A stretch of DNA of 64,000 nt from Solirubrobacterales bacterium (GCA_047601885.1 JASGIK010000003.1:1326062-1390061), one strand, 5' to 3'; counted from the stretch's first letter, positions 33,478 through 43,053 are shown. Notes: generated from the letters alone by a model not told the origin. A program made the numbers and translations.

Positions 33478-34371
33478 TCACCCCAGCAACAGCTCGAGCA
33501 GCGCCTTCTGCGCGTGGACTCGGTTCTCGGCCTGGTCGAAGACGACCGACTGCGGCCCGTAGAGGACCTCGGCGGTGATCTCGTCGCCGGGGTGGGCGGG
33601 GAGGTCGTGCATGACGATCGCGGTGTCCTTGGCGGCGGCGAGCAGGTCGGCGTCGAGGCGGAACGGCGCCAGATCGCGGCGGCGGCGCTCCTCGTCCGCG
33701 TCGCCCATGCTGACCCAGACGTCGGTGTAGAGGACGTCGGCACCGTCCGCCGCGGCGCGCGGGTCGTTGGTCAGCTTCACCCCGTGGGTCTCCTCCAACT
33801 GGTAGTCGGCGGGGGCGGCGACGACGACTTCGACCCCGGCCAGCTCCCCGGCGATCGCCAGCGAGCGGGCGACGTTGTTGCCGTCGCCGACGTAGGCGAG
33901 GCGAAGGCCGGAGAGGTCGCCGAAGCGCTCCTTCAGGGTCAGCAGGTCGGCGATCGCCTGGCAGGGGTGGTGGAGCGGGGTCAGCGAGTTCACCACCGGG
34001 ACGGTGGCGACGGAGGCGAGCTCGACCACCCGCTGGTGGGAAGAGGAGCGGATCACGACCGCGTCGACCATGCGCGAGAGGACGTTGGCCGTGTCGCTGA
34101 TCGACTCGCCGCGCGAGAGCTGCATTTCGTCGCCGCGCAGGACCACCGGGTGGCCGCCGAGCTCGTACACGCCGACGTCGAAGGAGATCCGGGTGCGGGT
34201 CGAGGGGAACTCGAAGACGAGGGCGACGCTCTTGCCGGCGAGCGACCGGGCACCGAGGCGGCCGCCGTCGCGACTCGGGTCGCGCCCCGCTTTGAGGTCG
34301 ACGGCGCGATCGAGCAGTCGCTCCAGCTCGAACGCGCCCAACTCTTCGCCGGTGAGGAAGTCTCGCTTCAA
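33478..34371 (-). CDS. argF: ornithine carbamoyltransferase-like transcarbamylase
   Basis: STRTR, HPCQ and DVWVSMG motifs. The HCLP motif reads HDLP. Confidence 0.8.
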   Translation of the reverse strand: MKRDFLTGEELGAFELERLLDRAVDLKAGRDPSRDGGRLGARSLAGKSVALVFEFPSTRTRISFDVGVYELGGHPVVLRGDEMQLSRGESISDTANVLSRMVDAVVIRSSSHQRVVELASVATVPVVNSLTPLHHPCQAIADLLTLKERFGDLSGLRLAYVGDGNNVARSLAIAGELAGVEVVVAAPADYQLEETHGVKLTNDPRAAADGADVLYTDVWVSMGDADEERRRRDLAPFRLDADLLAAAKDTAIVMHDLPAHPGDEITAEVLYGPQSVVFDQAENRVHAQKALLELLLG

Positions 34372-34424
34372 GGCGCCGATACTACGGGCATGCCGCCCGC
34401 CGCCACCCTCCCGGGAGATCGCCG

Positions 34425-35267
34425 ATGGAGCTGACGGTCCTCTGCTGGAACCTCTTCCACGGTCGCGACTTCCCCCCCGATCTCGAGCTGCGCAGCCTGC
34501 GCTCGCGCTTCTTCCGGATCGACGAGTCGAACGAGACCCACGTCCAGGTCAACCGCGACCTGACCGCGGAGTTCGCGGCGCTGCTCGCCTCGGCGGCCTG
34601 GGACGTGGCGATGCTGCAGGAGTGCCCGCCGCGCTTCGCCGGGCCGCTGGCGCGGGCCGCCGGCGCCGAGTACCACCGGGTCTTCACCTCGCGCAACGAG
34701 CTCGGCTTCTGGCGGGCGCTGCTGGCGCGGCAGAACCCGGACCTGATCGCCAGCGGCGAGGGCGGCTCGAACACGACCCTGGTGCGGGTGCCGGGGAAGC
34801 TCGGCGGGATCGCCGAGCGGCGCGAGCTGGCGATCCACGAGGGCGAGCCGGAGCGCCGCGCGATGGCCTTCACCCGCACCGCCTCCGGCGTCTGCGTCGC
34901 CAACCTGCACGCGACCAACGACCGACCACCGCTGGCGGTCGAGGACGTGCTGCGGGCCGCCCGGGCGGCGAGCGACTGGGCCGGGGACGCACCGCTGATC
35001 TTCGGTGGCGACCTCAACCTGCGCCCGGCCCAGGACCCGGAGCTCTTCGCCCGGCTCGCCGAGGAGTTCGGCCTGGCGTCCCCGGTGACCGGGCCGAAGG
35101 CGATCGACCACGTGCTGGCGCGCGGCCTCGAGGTCGTCGCGGCGCCGGCGCAATGGCCGGCGGAGAAGCGCGAGCTGCCGCTCGACGGCAAGGCCCTGCG
35201 GCTCTCCGACCACGCGCCGGTCGAGGCCCGCTTCGCCAGAGAGGACCCGCCGGTGCTCGCAAATTGA
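34425..35267 (+). CDS. endonuclease/exonuclease/phosphatase (EEP) family protein
   Basis: WNLFHG, LQEC, GGDLNLRP, IDHVL, SDHAPVEA. Confidence 0.8.
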   Translation: MELTVLCWNLFHGRDFPPDLELRSLRSRFFRIDESNETHVQVNRDLTAEFAALLASAAWDVAMLQECPPRFAGPLARAAGAEYHRVFTSRNELGFWRALLARQNPDLIASGEGGSNTTLVRVPGKLGGIAERRELAIHEGEPERRAMAFTRTASGVCVANLHATNDRPPLAVEDVLRAARAASDWAGDAPLIFGGDLNLRPAQDPELFARLAEEFGLASPVTGPKAIDHVLARGLEVVAAPAQWPAEKRELPLDGKALRLSDHAPVEARFAREDPPVLAN

Positions 35268-35327
35268 GATATTCGACGCGTGGGTAGCAGTCGAACTCGG
35301 CAACGGTGACGAACTTAGGGGGCCTTG

Positions 35328-35744
35328 ATGGCTGACGAGAAAGACGCCAAACCGGCAGCGGCGAAAAAAGCGAAACCGAAAAAAGCGGCGAAAAAACCTA
35401 CTGCCAAAAAAGCGAAAGCGAAAAAAGCGACCGGCAAAAAATCGGCATCCGAAGCGGGCGACAAAGCGGCCAAAAAAGGGACGGCGGCGAAAAAACGCGC
35501 CCCGCGGGCACCCAGCCTCGACATCGGCATCGCCCAGCTGCGCGAGTCGCTCGAGCACAGCGTCACGCTCAGCCGCGAGCGGATCCAGGAGGTCGTCGAC
35601 GATGCGGTGAAGCGCGGCCGGATGACCCACGGCGACGCCGAGAAGATGATCGGCGAGCTGCTCAAACGCGGTCGCAAACAGACCGACGCGCTGCTCTCCG
35701 AGCTGGAGAAACTGGTCCGCCAGGCGCGCAGGAAACTGCCTTAG
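35328..35744 (+). CDS. Lys/Ala-rich (histone-H1-like tail) protein with phasin-like (COG3937-type) helical C-terminus
   Basis: N-terminal AAKKAKPKKAAKKPTAKKAKAKK; C-terminal RERIQEVVDDAVKRGRMTHGDAEKMIGELLKRGRKQTD. ATG at 35328 follows GGGGG. Confidence 0.55.
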   Translation: MADEKDAKPAAAKKAKPKKAAKKPTAKKAKAKKATGKKSASEAGDKAAKKGTAAKKRAPRAPSLDIGIAQLRESLEHSVTLSRERIQEVVDDAVKRGRMTHGDAEKMIGELLKRGRKQTDALLSELEKLVRQARRKLP

Positions 35745-37192
35745 TGGAGAGCGCGACCAGCACTGACGCGGCGCCGAGGAAGGCGCCGCGCCGCGGCGAG
35801 CGGCTCGAGGTGGAGATCGATTCGCTCGCCTTCGGCGGGCGCGGGGTCGCCCGCGCCGACGGCTTCGTCGTCTTCGTCGCCGGCGGGCTGCCGGGCGACC
35901 GCGTGCTCGCCGAGGTGACGAAAGGCAAGAAGCGCTTCGCCGAGGCGCGCGCCGTCGAGCTGCTGCGGCCGGGCGCCGACCGGCTCGAGGACCGCTGCGT
36001 CCACGGCGGCGAGCCCTGCCCCGGGGCGCCCTGGCAGGGGCTCGCCTACGCGCGCCAGCTGGCCGAGAAGCAGGCCCAGGTCGAGGACGCGCTGCGGCGG
36101 ATCGGCGGGCTCGACGACTTCGAGATGGAGCCGATCGTCCCCGCCGTCGAAGAGTGGCGCTACCGCAACAAGCTCGAGTACTCGTTCGGGACCGGCGGTG
36201 TCGGCACCGCCGACGAAGGCGTCGCGCTCGGCTTCCACGCCCGCGGCCGCTGGGACCTGATCGTCAACGTCGACGACTGCAAGCTGGCCTCGGAACCGGG
36301 CAACGCGGCCCGCAACGGGGTGCGCGAATGGGCGCGGATGGAGGACATCGCCGCCTACGACGGCGCCGCGCGGCGCGGCGTGCTGCGCAACCTCGTCGTC
36401 CGCGAGGGGCGGCGGACCGGCCAGATCCAGACCCGCCTGGTGACCACCGCGACGCGCTTCCCGCGGCCGCCGGTCGACCTCCACACGACGATCGAGGGCG
36501 ACAGCGGCGGCACCGACGGGCCGACCGGGGCGCTCGGCGAAGAGCGCCTGCACGAGGAGCTCTGCGGGCTCAAGTTCGAGATGTCCCACGGCGCCTTCTT
36601 TCAGACCAACACCGAGCAGGCCGAGCGCCTCTACGAGGTGGCGGAGGAATTCGCCGGCCTCTCCGGACGCGAGCGCGTCTTCGACCTCTTCTGCGGCATC
36701 GGCACGATCGGGTTGACGATGGCGCGCTCGGCAGGCGAGGTCTGGGGACTGGAGATCGTCCCCGAGGCGATCGCCGACGCCGAGCGCAACGCGCGCCGCA
36801 ACAAGATCGAGAACGCCAAGTTCGTCGCCGCCAACGCGCGCACCGGGATGCGGCCGCTGCTCGAGGAGGCGGGCAGGCCGGACGTCGTCGTCGTCGATCC
36901 GCCGCGGGCGGGGCTCTCGCAGAAAATCGTCCGCCGGCTGATCGAGTGCGAGGCGCAGAAGATCGTCTACGTCTCCTGCAACCCGACGACGCTGGCGCCG
37001 AACGCGGCCCAGCTCGAGGAGGCCGGCTATAAGCTGCGCCGCGTGCGGCCGGTCGACATGTTCCCCCAGACCCCCCACATCGAGTGCGTGGCGCTGTTGG
37101 AGAAGGTCGGGCCGAGCGCGCCGAGTGCGTCCGGGGCGGCCTACGGGGTCGCGGCCGCCGAGGGCAGCGCGGCGGCGGAGAGCGGCGCCTGA
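35744..37192 (+). CDS. TRAM-domain 23S rRNA (uracil-C5)-methyltransferase, RlmD/RumA family
   Basis: TRAM-like N-terminus (GERLEVEIDSLAFGGRGVAR); FFQTN; VVVDPPRAGL; YVSCNPTTLAPN. Confidence 0.85.
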   Translation: MESATSTDAAPRKAPRRGERLEVEIDSLAFGGRGVARADGFVVFVAGGLPGDRVLAEVTKGKKRFAEARAVELLRPGADRLEDRCVHGGEPCPGAPWQGLAYARQLAEKQAQVEDALRRIGGLDDFEMEPIVPAVEEWRYRNKLEYSFGTGGVGTADEGVALGFHARGRWDLIVNVDDCKLASEPGNAARNGVREWARMEDIAAYDGAARRGVLRNLVVREGRRTGQIQTRLVTTATRFPRPPVDLHTTIEGDSGGTDGPTGALGEERLHEELCGLKFEMSHGAFFQTNTEQAERLYEVAEEFAGLSGRERVFDLFCGIGTIGLTMARSAGEVWGLEIVPEAIADAERNARRNKIENAKFVAANARTGMRPLLEEAGRPDVVVVDPPRAGLSQKIVRRLIECEAQKIVYVSCNPTTLAPNAAQLEEAGYKLRRVRPVDMFPQTPHIECVALLEKVGPSAPSASGAAYGVAAAEGSAAAESGA

Positions 37193-37974
37193 TGGGCCGC
37201 GCGTTCGGAGTCACCGGCGGCCTCGACCCGGAGGTCTGCGTCCCGCTCGCCGAGCGCGTCGCCGAGCTCGGCTACGACTCGATCTGGTCCAACGACCATC
37301 CCGGCGCCAAAGGCCTGGAGACGCTGGCCGCGTTCGCCAAGGGAGCGCCGACGCTCGACCTCGGGGTCGGCGTGATTGCCCTCGACCGCCAGCCGGCCGA
37401 GGTGATCGCCGCCGACATCGACCGCCTCGGGCTCGACCCGGGCAAGCTCTGGCTCGGCGTCGGCGCCGGCTTCTCGAAGCAGCCCTACACGGCGATGCGC
37501 GAGGCGCTGCCGGGACTGCGCGAGAAGCTCCCCGGGGTGAAACTGGTCCTCGCCGCGATGGGCCCGCGCATGTGCCGCCTCGCCGGCTCCGCCTACGACG
37601 GCGCCTTCTTCAACTGGATGACCCCCGACTTCGCCGCCGGCAAACGCGAGCTGGTCGAGGCCGGCGCCGCCGACTCCCGCCGCGAGACGCCCCCCGTCAT
37701 GGGTTACGTCCGCACCGCCGTCGGCCCCGACGCCGCCGAGCGCCTGGCCAAGGAGGAATCCTTCTACCGCAACCTCCACAAGGGCTACATCGACCACTTC
37801 GCCCGCCTCGGTGCCCCCGAGGGCACCGTCGGCATCGCCGCCCCCGACGCGGTGGCCACCCAGGCCGCCCTCGCCGAGTACAAGGCCTACGACACGATCG
37901 TCGTCCGCGCCCTCGCCAGCGCCACGGTCGACGCGATGACGGCAGTAGCCACCGCCGCCGCCCCTTCTGCCTGA
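37192..37974 (+). CDS. luciferase-like (LLM class, probably F420-dependent) oxidoreductase
   Basis: ATGA overlap with the upstream gene. LGYDSIWSNDH and the overall LLM pattern. Confidence 0.65.
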   Translation: MGRAFGVTGGLDPEVCVPLAERVAELGYDSIWSNDHPGAKGLETLAAFAKGAPTLDLGVGVIALDRQPAEVIAADIDRLGLDPGKLWLGVGAGFSKQPYTAMREALPGLREKLPGVKLVLAAMGPRMCRLAGSAYDGAFFNWMTPDFAAGKRELVEAGAADSRRETPPVMGYVRTAVGPDAAERLAKEESFYRNLHKGYIDHFARLGAPEGTVGIAAPDAVATQAALAEYKAYDTIVVRALASATVDAMTAVATAAAPSA

Positions 37975-37990
37975 CCGCAGCGCCGAGCGC

Positions 37991-38029
37991 GTTCGCACTT
38001 TCCCGCGCCTGGCGCGGCTTTCTGCGAAC
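37991..38029. repeat. two-tier hairpin repeat (REP-like), copy
   Basis: gttcgca...ccgcgcc/ggcgcgg...tgcgaac. Same architecture as 7574-7616, 45597-45635 and 52521-52563. Confidence 0.7.
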
Positions 38030-38223
38030 TCACCGACCGCTCCCTAGTACGGCGGCCGCCGGACTAGGGGGCGGCGGGCCGCAGACGTGCGTGCGGGGGC
38101 GCGAGCGGGCAAGCAGCGGGGCGAACGCCGACGAACGAATAGCCCAGCTATTCGCGAGGAGGTGGGTGCCGCGATGCGCAGGCCGAGCGCGTCATCCGCG
38201 CGTGCGGATGCAACCGCCGCCCC

Positions 38224-38886
38224 CTAGTACGGCGGCAAGTCCTCGTACCACTTGCCGAGCATGCGGAATGCTCGCCAGAAGCGCTGCTTGGCGCCCTCTT
38301 CGTCGAGGCTTTCGTCGATGTCGGGGACGTAGAGGGCGTCGATGGTGGGGGTGAAGGCCTGGATCTCGCCCTCGCGCTGCTCGATCGGGCGGGAGAGGGG
38401 CACCTGGAGGCCGTTGAGGATCCGCAGGCTCGGCTCGCCCATCACGACGACGATCTTCGGCTGCACGATCGCGATCTCCTCGACCAGGCGGGCGACGCAC
38501 TCCTGCGGCGCCAGGTCGGGCTCGGCCACCGGGCACTTGACGCAGAGCGTGCCGTAGACGACGAGCGGATCGATCCCCAGCCGTTTGAAGGATTTCATCA
38601 GCGCGTTGCCGGAGCGGCCGTAGAAGGCGACCCCCTCCTCGATCTCCGAGGAGAGCGGCGAGTGCTTGAGCATGAAGACGTCGGCCTGCGGGTGGCCGCT
38701 GCCGAGCACCGGCATCAGCTTGCCTCGCGGGCAGTAGGGGCAATCGAGGATTTCGCGGCTCATCTGGTTGAGCTCGCGGATCGCCCTCTCTAGATACTTC
38801 TCGCGGATCTCGTCGTCGGTGGAATGCATCTGTCCCGGCTTCTTTGACGAGGTCGACACGGCTCCTTCGCGACGCGAGGCGTGCAT
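38224..38886 (-). CDS. uracil-DNA glycosylase superfamily protein (family uncertain)
   Basis: GSGHPQADVFMLKHSP...FYGRSGNALMK resembles UDG motif A, but GE(A/G)PG is replaced by KHSPL. The ATG at 38886 overlaps the upstream stop (TGATG); an alternative ATG is at 38829. Confidence 0.6.
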   Translation of the reverse strand: MHASRREGAVSTSSKKPGQMHSTDDEIREKYLERAIRELNQMSREILDCPYCPRGKLMPVLGSGHPQADVFMLKHSPLSSEIEEGVAFYGRSGNALMKSFKRLGIDPLVVYGTLCVKCPVAEPDLAPQECVARLVEEIAIVQPKIVVVMGEPSLRILNGLQVPLSRPIEQREGEIQAFTPTIDALYVPDIDESLDEEGAKQRFWRAFRMLGKWYEDLPPY

Positions 38887-40190
38887 CAGCTCTTGCCGGC
38901 CGATCGGCGCCCGGTCGCGGGCCGCCGCGGGCGCCCCCCACGCGCCGGTTTCGCGTTGCTGACGCGCTTTTTCGGCGCCTTCGGCCGGCCGGTCGTCTGC
39001 AGGAACTTCAGCGTCTGGACGTAGACCAGGTTCTTGTGTTTGCGGGTGATATCGGCGTCCCGCATCGCCTCGAGAAACTCGGCCGGCCCGTCGAAGTCGT
39101 GGATCCGCTGCCGCACGCTGCCCAGTCCCTGGGCCACGTGGGAGTCGGAACCGGCCGCCGGGACGATCCGGTACTTGCCCGCGAAGCGCACCGCCTCCTC
39201 GTTGAAGGCGGTCAGCATCACCCGCGGGTTGAAGACCTCCAGCAGGTCGACCTCCTCGACGATGTCGAGCAGGTGCTCGTAGTCGGGTACCGAGTGGAAG
39301 CGGTCGAACGGGTGCGGCACGTAGACGATCCCGCCCTGCTCGCGGATCGCCGCGATCGTCTCCGCCATCGACAGCCCCTTGGGGATCTTCTCCTCGAGGA
39401 AGAGGCCGATCACCTCGCCCTGCTCGGCGGTCATCATCTCCTCGCCGACGATCACCTTGAGGTCGTCCATCCCGGCCGCGATCTCCGCCGCCTCGAGCGC
39501 CCCGGACACCTCGTTGTGGTCGGTGATCGCGATCGCCCCCAGGCCCCGGTCGCGCGCCGTCTGCAGCAGCACCTCGACCGGCGTGGCGCAGTCCTTGGAG
39601 TGGTCGGTGTGCATGTGCAGGTCGACCTCGATCAGCGGCCGCCCCGCCAGCTTCGCCCGCAACGCCGGGTTCCCGGTCGGGTCGTGGCGACGGCCAAGGA
39701 TTCGCCGGTAGATCGCTTCGAAGGAGTCGGCGACCGCCGCCCAGTCGCGCCCCTCGCCCGCCGGCTCGACCAGCTCGTAGCTCGCCGGGAAGTAGCGCTC
39801 CAAGAGCTTCCCGGTCGCCTCGCTGGTGACGGTGCGCGCATCTATGCGGCCGAAGAAGACCTCGACCAGCGGCCGCGCCACCTGGGTCGAGAGCACCCGC
39901 TCCTGCGGCGCGTGGAAGGTGGCGACGTTGAGCGAGAGCGAGTGCCGCAGGGCCGCCGCCGAGACGCTCGGCGCGAACGGCTCGTGCACGTGGACGATGT
40001 CGTAGGGACGGGCGACGAGCGGCCGCTTGACCGGCTCGCCGCTGCCGATCCGCACCACCCGGTGGCCGCGCCGCGCCAGCTCCTCGCTCAGCGCCGCGAC
40101 GAACTGGTTGACCGGTTTGCGGGTCGTCCGCCGGTGCGGCGAGACCTGGGCGATCGTCAGTGGCTCGGGCGAAGGCACGTCTGGTGCCAA
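38886..40190 (-). CDS. fusion of a GT4-type glycosyltransferase N-terminal domain with a PHP-family metal-dependent phosphoesterase
   Basis: N-terminal domain: LSEELARRGHRV...DIVHVHEP...VATFHAP (GT4 N-domain pattern, no GT C-domain). PHP domain: VDLHMHTDHS, ITDHN, VGEE, YVPHPFD, AAGSDSH. Lys/Arg-rich tail. Start uncertain (TTG 40190 or GTG 40178). Confidence 0.65.
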   Translation of the reverse strand: MAPDVPSPEPLTIAQVSPHRRTTRKPVNQFVAALSEELARRGHRVVRIGSGEPVKRPLVARPYDIVHVHEPFAPSVSAAALRHSLSLNVATFHAPQERVLSTQVARPLVEVFFGRIDARTVTSEATGKLLERYFPASYELVEPAGEGRDWAAVADSFEAIYRRILGRRHDPTGNPALRAKLAGRPLIEVDLHMHTDHSKDCATPVEVLLQTARDRGLGAIAITDHNEVSGALEAAEIAAGMDDLKVIVGEEMMTAEQGEVIGLFLEEKIPKGLSMAETIAAIREQGGIVYVPHPFDRFHSVPDYEHLLDIVEEVDLLEVFNPRVMLTAFNEEAVRFAGKYRIVPAAGSDSHVAQGLGSVRQRIHDFDGPAEFLEAMRDADITRKHKNLVYVQTLKFLQTTGRPKAPKKRVSNAKPARGGRPRRPATGRRSAGKS

Positions 40191-40196
40191 ACAATA

Positions 40197-40218
40197 GGAG
40201 CCCGCCGAAGCGGGCTCC
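40197..40218 (-). terminator. 9-bp GC stem with TTCG tetraloop between ino1 and the downstream gene
   Basis: Minus strand reads ggagcccgc-ttcg-gcgggctcc, 24 nt past the ino1 stop and 7 nt before the next start. Confidence 0.45.
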
Positions 40219-40241
40219 TATGAGGCTCCTCTGACCGAGAG

Positions 40242-41375
40242 CTAGTTCTGCTGGGCGGCGGCCGAGTCGCGGGCGCCGCGGGCGTTGACCTCGATGAATT
40301 CCTCGGTCAGTTCCCGCGCTTCGTCGTCGGGACGCTGCGAGTGCGGGCTCTTCATCAGGTAGCTGGACGGGCCGTCGAGCTGGCCCGAGATGCCGTTGTT
40401 GAGGGCGAGCTTGATCAGCCGCACCGCGTCGATCACGACGCCGGCCGAGTTCGGCGAATCCCAGACCTCGAGCTTCAGCTCGGCGGTCAGCGGCACGTCG
40501 CCGAAGGCTTTGCCCTCGAGCCGGATGTGCGCCCACTTGCGGTCGGTCAGCCACGGCACGTAGTCGGACGGGCCGACGTGGACGTTCTCGTCGGGCAGCT
40601 CGTGGCCCATGATCGAGGTGACCGCGTTGGTCTTCGAGATCTTCTTCGAGTCGAGCCGCTCGCGCTCGAGCATGTTGTAGAAGTCCATGTTGCCGCCGAC
40701 GTTCAGCTGCGAGGTCCGCTCGAGGCGCACGCCGCGGTCGTGGAAGAGGCGGGCGAGCTGGCGGTGGACGATCGTCGCGCCGACCTGGCTCTTGATGTCG
40801 TCGCCGATGATCGGCAGACCGGCCTCCTCGAACTGCTTGTCCCAGTAGTCCTCGCGGGCGATGAACACCGGCAGGCAGTTGACGACGCCGACGCCGGCTT
40901 TGAGGGCCTGTTCGACGTACCACTTGGTCGCCTCCTCGGAGCCGACCGGCAGGTAGCAGACGAGCACGTCCGCCTTGGCGTCCTTGAGCACCTTGACCAC
41001 GTCGACGGTTTCCCCCGGCGCTTTGGTGATCTTCTCTTTCAGGTACTTGCCGAGCCCGTCGTGGGTCATCCCGCGCTGGACGGTGACGCCGATGTGCGGC
41101 ACCTCGGCGAACTTGATCGTGTCGTTCTGGCCCGACCACATCGCCTCGGAGAGGTCCTTGCCGACCTTCTCCTGGTCGATGTCGAAGGCGGCGACGAACT
41201 CGACGTCGCGGACGTGGTAGCCGCCCAGGTCGACGTGCATCAGCCCGGGGACTTCCTCGCTCGGGTCGGCGTCCTTGTAGTAGTGGACGCCCTGGATGAA
41301 GGAGTTGGCGCAGTTGCCGACCCCGACGATCGCTACGCGGACCTTGCTCTCGCCGCTGCCGTTGTTCTCACTCAT
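40242..41375 (-). CDS. ino1: myo-inositol-1-phosphate synthase
   Basis: [19 protein letters not shown] and the actinobacterial Ino1 pattern throughout. AGGAGGA lies upstream of the ATG at 41375. Confidence 0.9.
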   Translation of the reverse strand: MSENNGSGESKVRVAIVGVGNCANSFIQGVHYYKDADPSEEVPGLMHVDLGGYHVRDVEFVAAFDIDQEKVGKDLSEAMWSGQNDTIKFAEVPHIGVTVQRGMTHDGLGKYLKEKITKAPGETVDVVKVLKDAKADVLVCYLPVGSEEATKWYVEQALKAGVGVVNCLPVFIAREDYWDKQFEEAGLPIIGDDIKSQVGATIVHRQLARLFHDRGVRLERTSQLNVGGNMDFYNMLERERLDSKKISKTNAVTSIMGHELPDENVHVGPSDYVPWLTDRKWAHIRLEGKAFGDVPLTAELKLEVWDSPNSAGVVIDAVRLIKLALNNGISGQLDGPSSYLMKSPHSQRPDDEARELTEEFIEVNARGARDSAAAQQN

Positions 41376-41439
41376 AAGTCTTTCGGTTCCTCCTGCTGGA
41401 TCGCGCTGAGTGGGAAAGGACACCCGGCGCCTTTACTGG

Positions 41440-42135
41440 TTACAGGGCCTCCGCGCCGCCCTCGTCGCGGGCGACCGCCTCGGCGTCCATCCGGGTGAGT
41501 TCGTTGCGCACGTGCCAGACGCGCTGGAAGACGGTGAAGATCGTCAGCGCGGCGATCACGTAGATGGCCGGGGCGAGGAGTTCGAAGTCCCCGATCCCGG
41601 CTCCCTTCGCGAAGATCAGGCCGATCGAAAGTAGCACCACGCGCACCGGGCGGGTGGCCAATCCGACCTTGCACTCGACCCCCAGAGCCTCGGCGCGGGC
41701 CCGCGTGTAGGAGACCATCAGCGAGCCGAGCACGGCGACCACGCACATCGCGGCGGCGAAGTCTTCCCCGCGCGTGGCGAAGTAGCCGGCGACGGCGGCG
41801 ATCACGATCCCCTCCTCGATCCGGTCCAGGGTCGAGTCGAGGAAGGCGCCGAAGAGCGTCCCCTTGCCCGACATCCGCGAGTAGCGGCCGTCGAGCGTGT
41901 CCATCACCGAGCCGAGGATGAAGGCGATCCCGGCGAGGAAGAAGAGCCGCTGGGTGACGAGGAAGGCGGCGACGAGGTTGCCGAAGAGCCCCATCAGCGA
42001 GATCGCGTTCGGCGTCAGCCGCGACTCGATCAGGCGGTCGCGGGCGTACGCGCGCAGCTCCTGGCTGTTGCGGGGCGGGGCGGGGCGGCCGTTGCGGCGG
42101 CCGCCGGGTGCCCTGGGGGGCGCCGTCGATGCCAT
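41440..42135 (-). CDS. CDP-alcohol phosphatidyltransferase (phosphatidylinositol-phosphate synthase-like)
   Basis: DTLDGRYSRMSGKGTLFGAFLDSTLDRIEE matches the DGx2ARx8Gx3Dx3D signature; multiple TM helices; adjacent to ino1. Confidence 0.8.
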   Translation of the reverse strand: MASTAPPRAPGGRRNGRPAPPRNSQELRAYARDRLIESRLTPNAISLMGLFGNLVAAFLVTQRLFFLAGIAFILGSVMDTLDGRYSRMSGKGTLFGAFLDSTLDRIEEGIVIAAVAGYFATRGEDFAAAMCVVAVLGSLMVSYTRARAEALGVECKVGLATRPVRVVLLSIGLIFAKGAGIGDFELLAPAIYVIAALTIFTVFQRVWHVRNELTRMDAEAVARDEGGAEAL

Positions 42136-42216
42136 CTGTACATGAGGCTAGAGGTTCCCGGGGCGGCCCGCCAGGAGCGGGTCGCGGGGCGCCCGCCGGC
42201 GCGGGCGCCGATTCCT

Positions 42217-43011
42217 CTAGGCCTCGACCTCCCGCGGCCCGGCGTGGCGCGAGGGCTGCGTGCGCCAGCCCCAGGCCTCCGGTTTCCAGCGCGCCAGCGC
42301 GCCTTTGGCGATCGCGAAGGCGGAGATCGCGACCAGCCAGCCGAGCGCCCAGTCCACCCAGTAGTGGTTGGCGGTGACGATCACGACCCAGGCGATGACG
42401 ATCGGCCAGCAGGCCCAGAGCGCTTTCGCCCACCAGTGGCGGCAGACCGCGAAGCCGCTGCCGCCGATCATCAGCGCGAAGGCGCAGTGCATGCTCGGCA
42501 CGGCCGCGTAGGGGTTGATGAAGACCTTGGCGATCGAGGAGTCGCTGTTGACGGCTGCGTATCTGGTCACCGTGTCGGTAAAGCCGTCCTGGGGGAAGAG
42601 CCGCGGCGGCGCCGTCGGGAAGCCGACGTAGCCGATCAGCGCCAGGCACATCGCGACGACGAACATGTTGCGGACGAAGTAATAAGCGTCGTTGTGAAAG
42701 AGGTAGAGCCAGAAGAGGAAGACGATCGCGACCGAGAACTGGGCGTTCAGATAGAGGTAGTTGGCGATTTCGATCAGCCAGTGGGCGGGGAGGAAGAACT
42801 TCTGCAGGCTCGGCTCGAAGAGGGTGTGGGTGGAGCGCTCGAAGGAGATGACCTGGGCGCCATGGTGCATGGCGACTGCTTTGCTTCCGTCGGCGAGGCC
42901 GCGGCCGAGCTCGTAGATGACGTCGACCAGGACAAGGATCCCGATCTGCCGCCCGAGGTCCCCCCATCCCTTGGGAAGCCAGTCACCGATTGCGGACAGG
43001 ACACGCGACAT
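42217..43011 (-). CDS. PAP2_C / inositol-phosphorylceramide-synthase-like membrane protein
   Basis: Polytopic membrane protein with PSMHCAFA and ANHYWVD motifs (PAP2 C2/C3-like). Start at 43011 or 43035. Confidence 0.6.
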   Translation of the reverse strand: MSRVLSAIGDWLPKGWGDLGRQIGILVLVDVIYELGRGLADGSKAVAMHHGAQVISFERSTHTLFEPSLQKFFLPAHWLIEIANYLYLNAQFSVAIVFLFWLYLFHNDAYYFVRNMFVVAMCLALIGYVGFPTAPPRLFPQDGFTDTVTRYAAVNSDSSIAKVFINPYAAVPSMHCAFALMIGGSGFAVCRHWWAKALWACWPIVIAWVVIVTANHYWVDWALGWLVAISAFAIAKGALARWKPEAWGWRTQPSRHAGPREVEA

Positions 43012-43053
43012 GAAACCTCGATTGTAATCCTGCATTAAGCAGGCAGCCTGAAG

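Noticed and set aside
38042-38235. 15-nt word CCCTAGTACGGCGGC occurring at 38042-38056 and again at 38221-38235 (the 3' end of the UDG-like gene), with palindromic flanks and a CGAATAG...CTATTCG hairpin between.
   Set aside because: Too short to distinguish a partial duplication of the gene end from chance among GC-rich palindromes. No clear functional reading.
38224-41139. 971-aa ORF spanning the UDG-like gene, the GT4N-PHP gene and ino1 in another frame.
   Set aside because: Only the C-terminal ~220 aa have a recognisable fold pattern. The remainder overlaps two well-supported genes in other frames.
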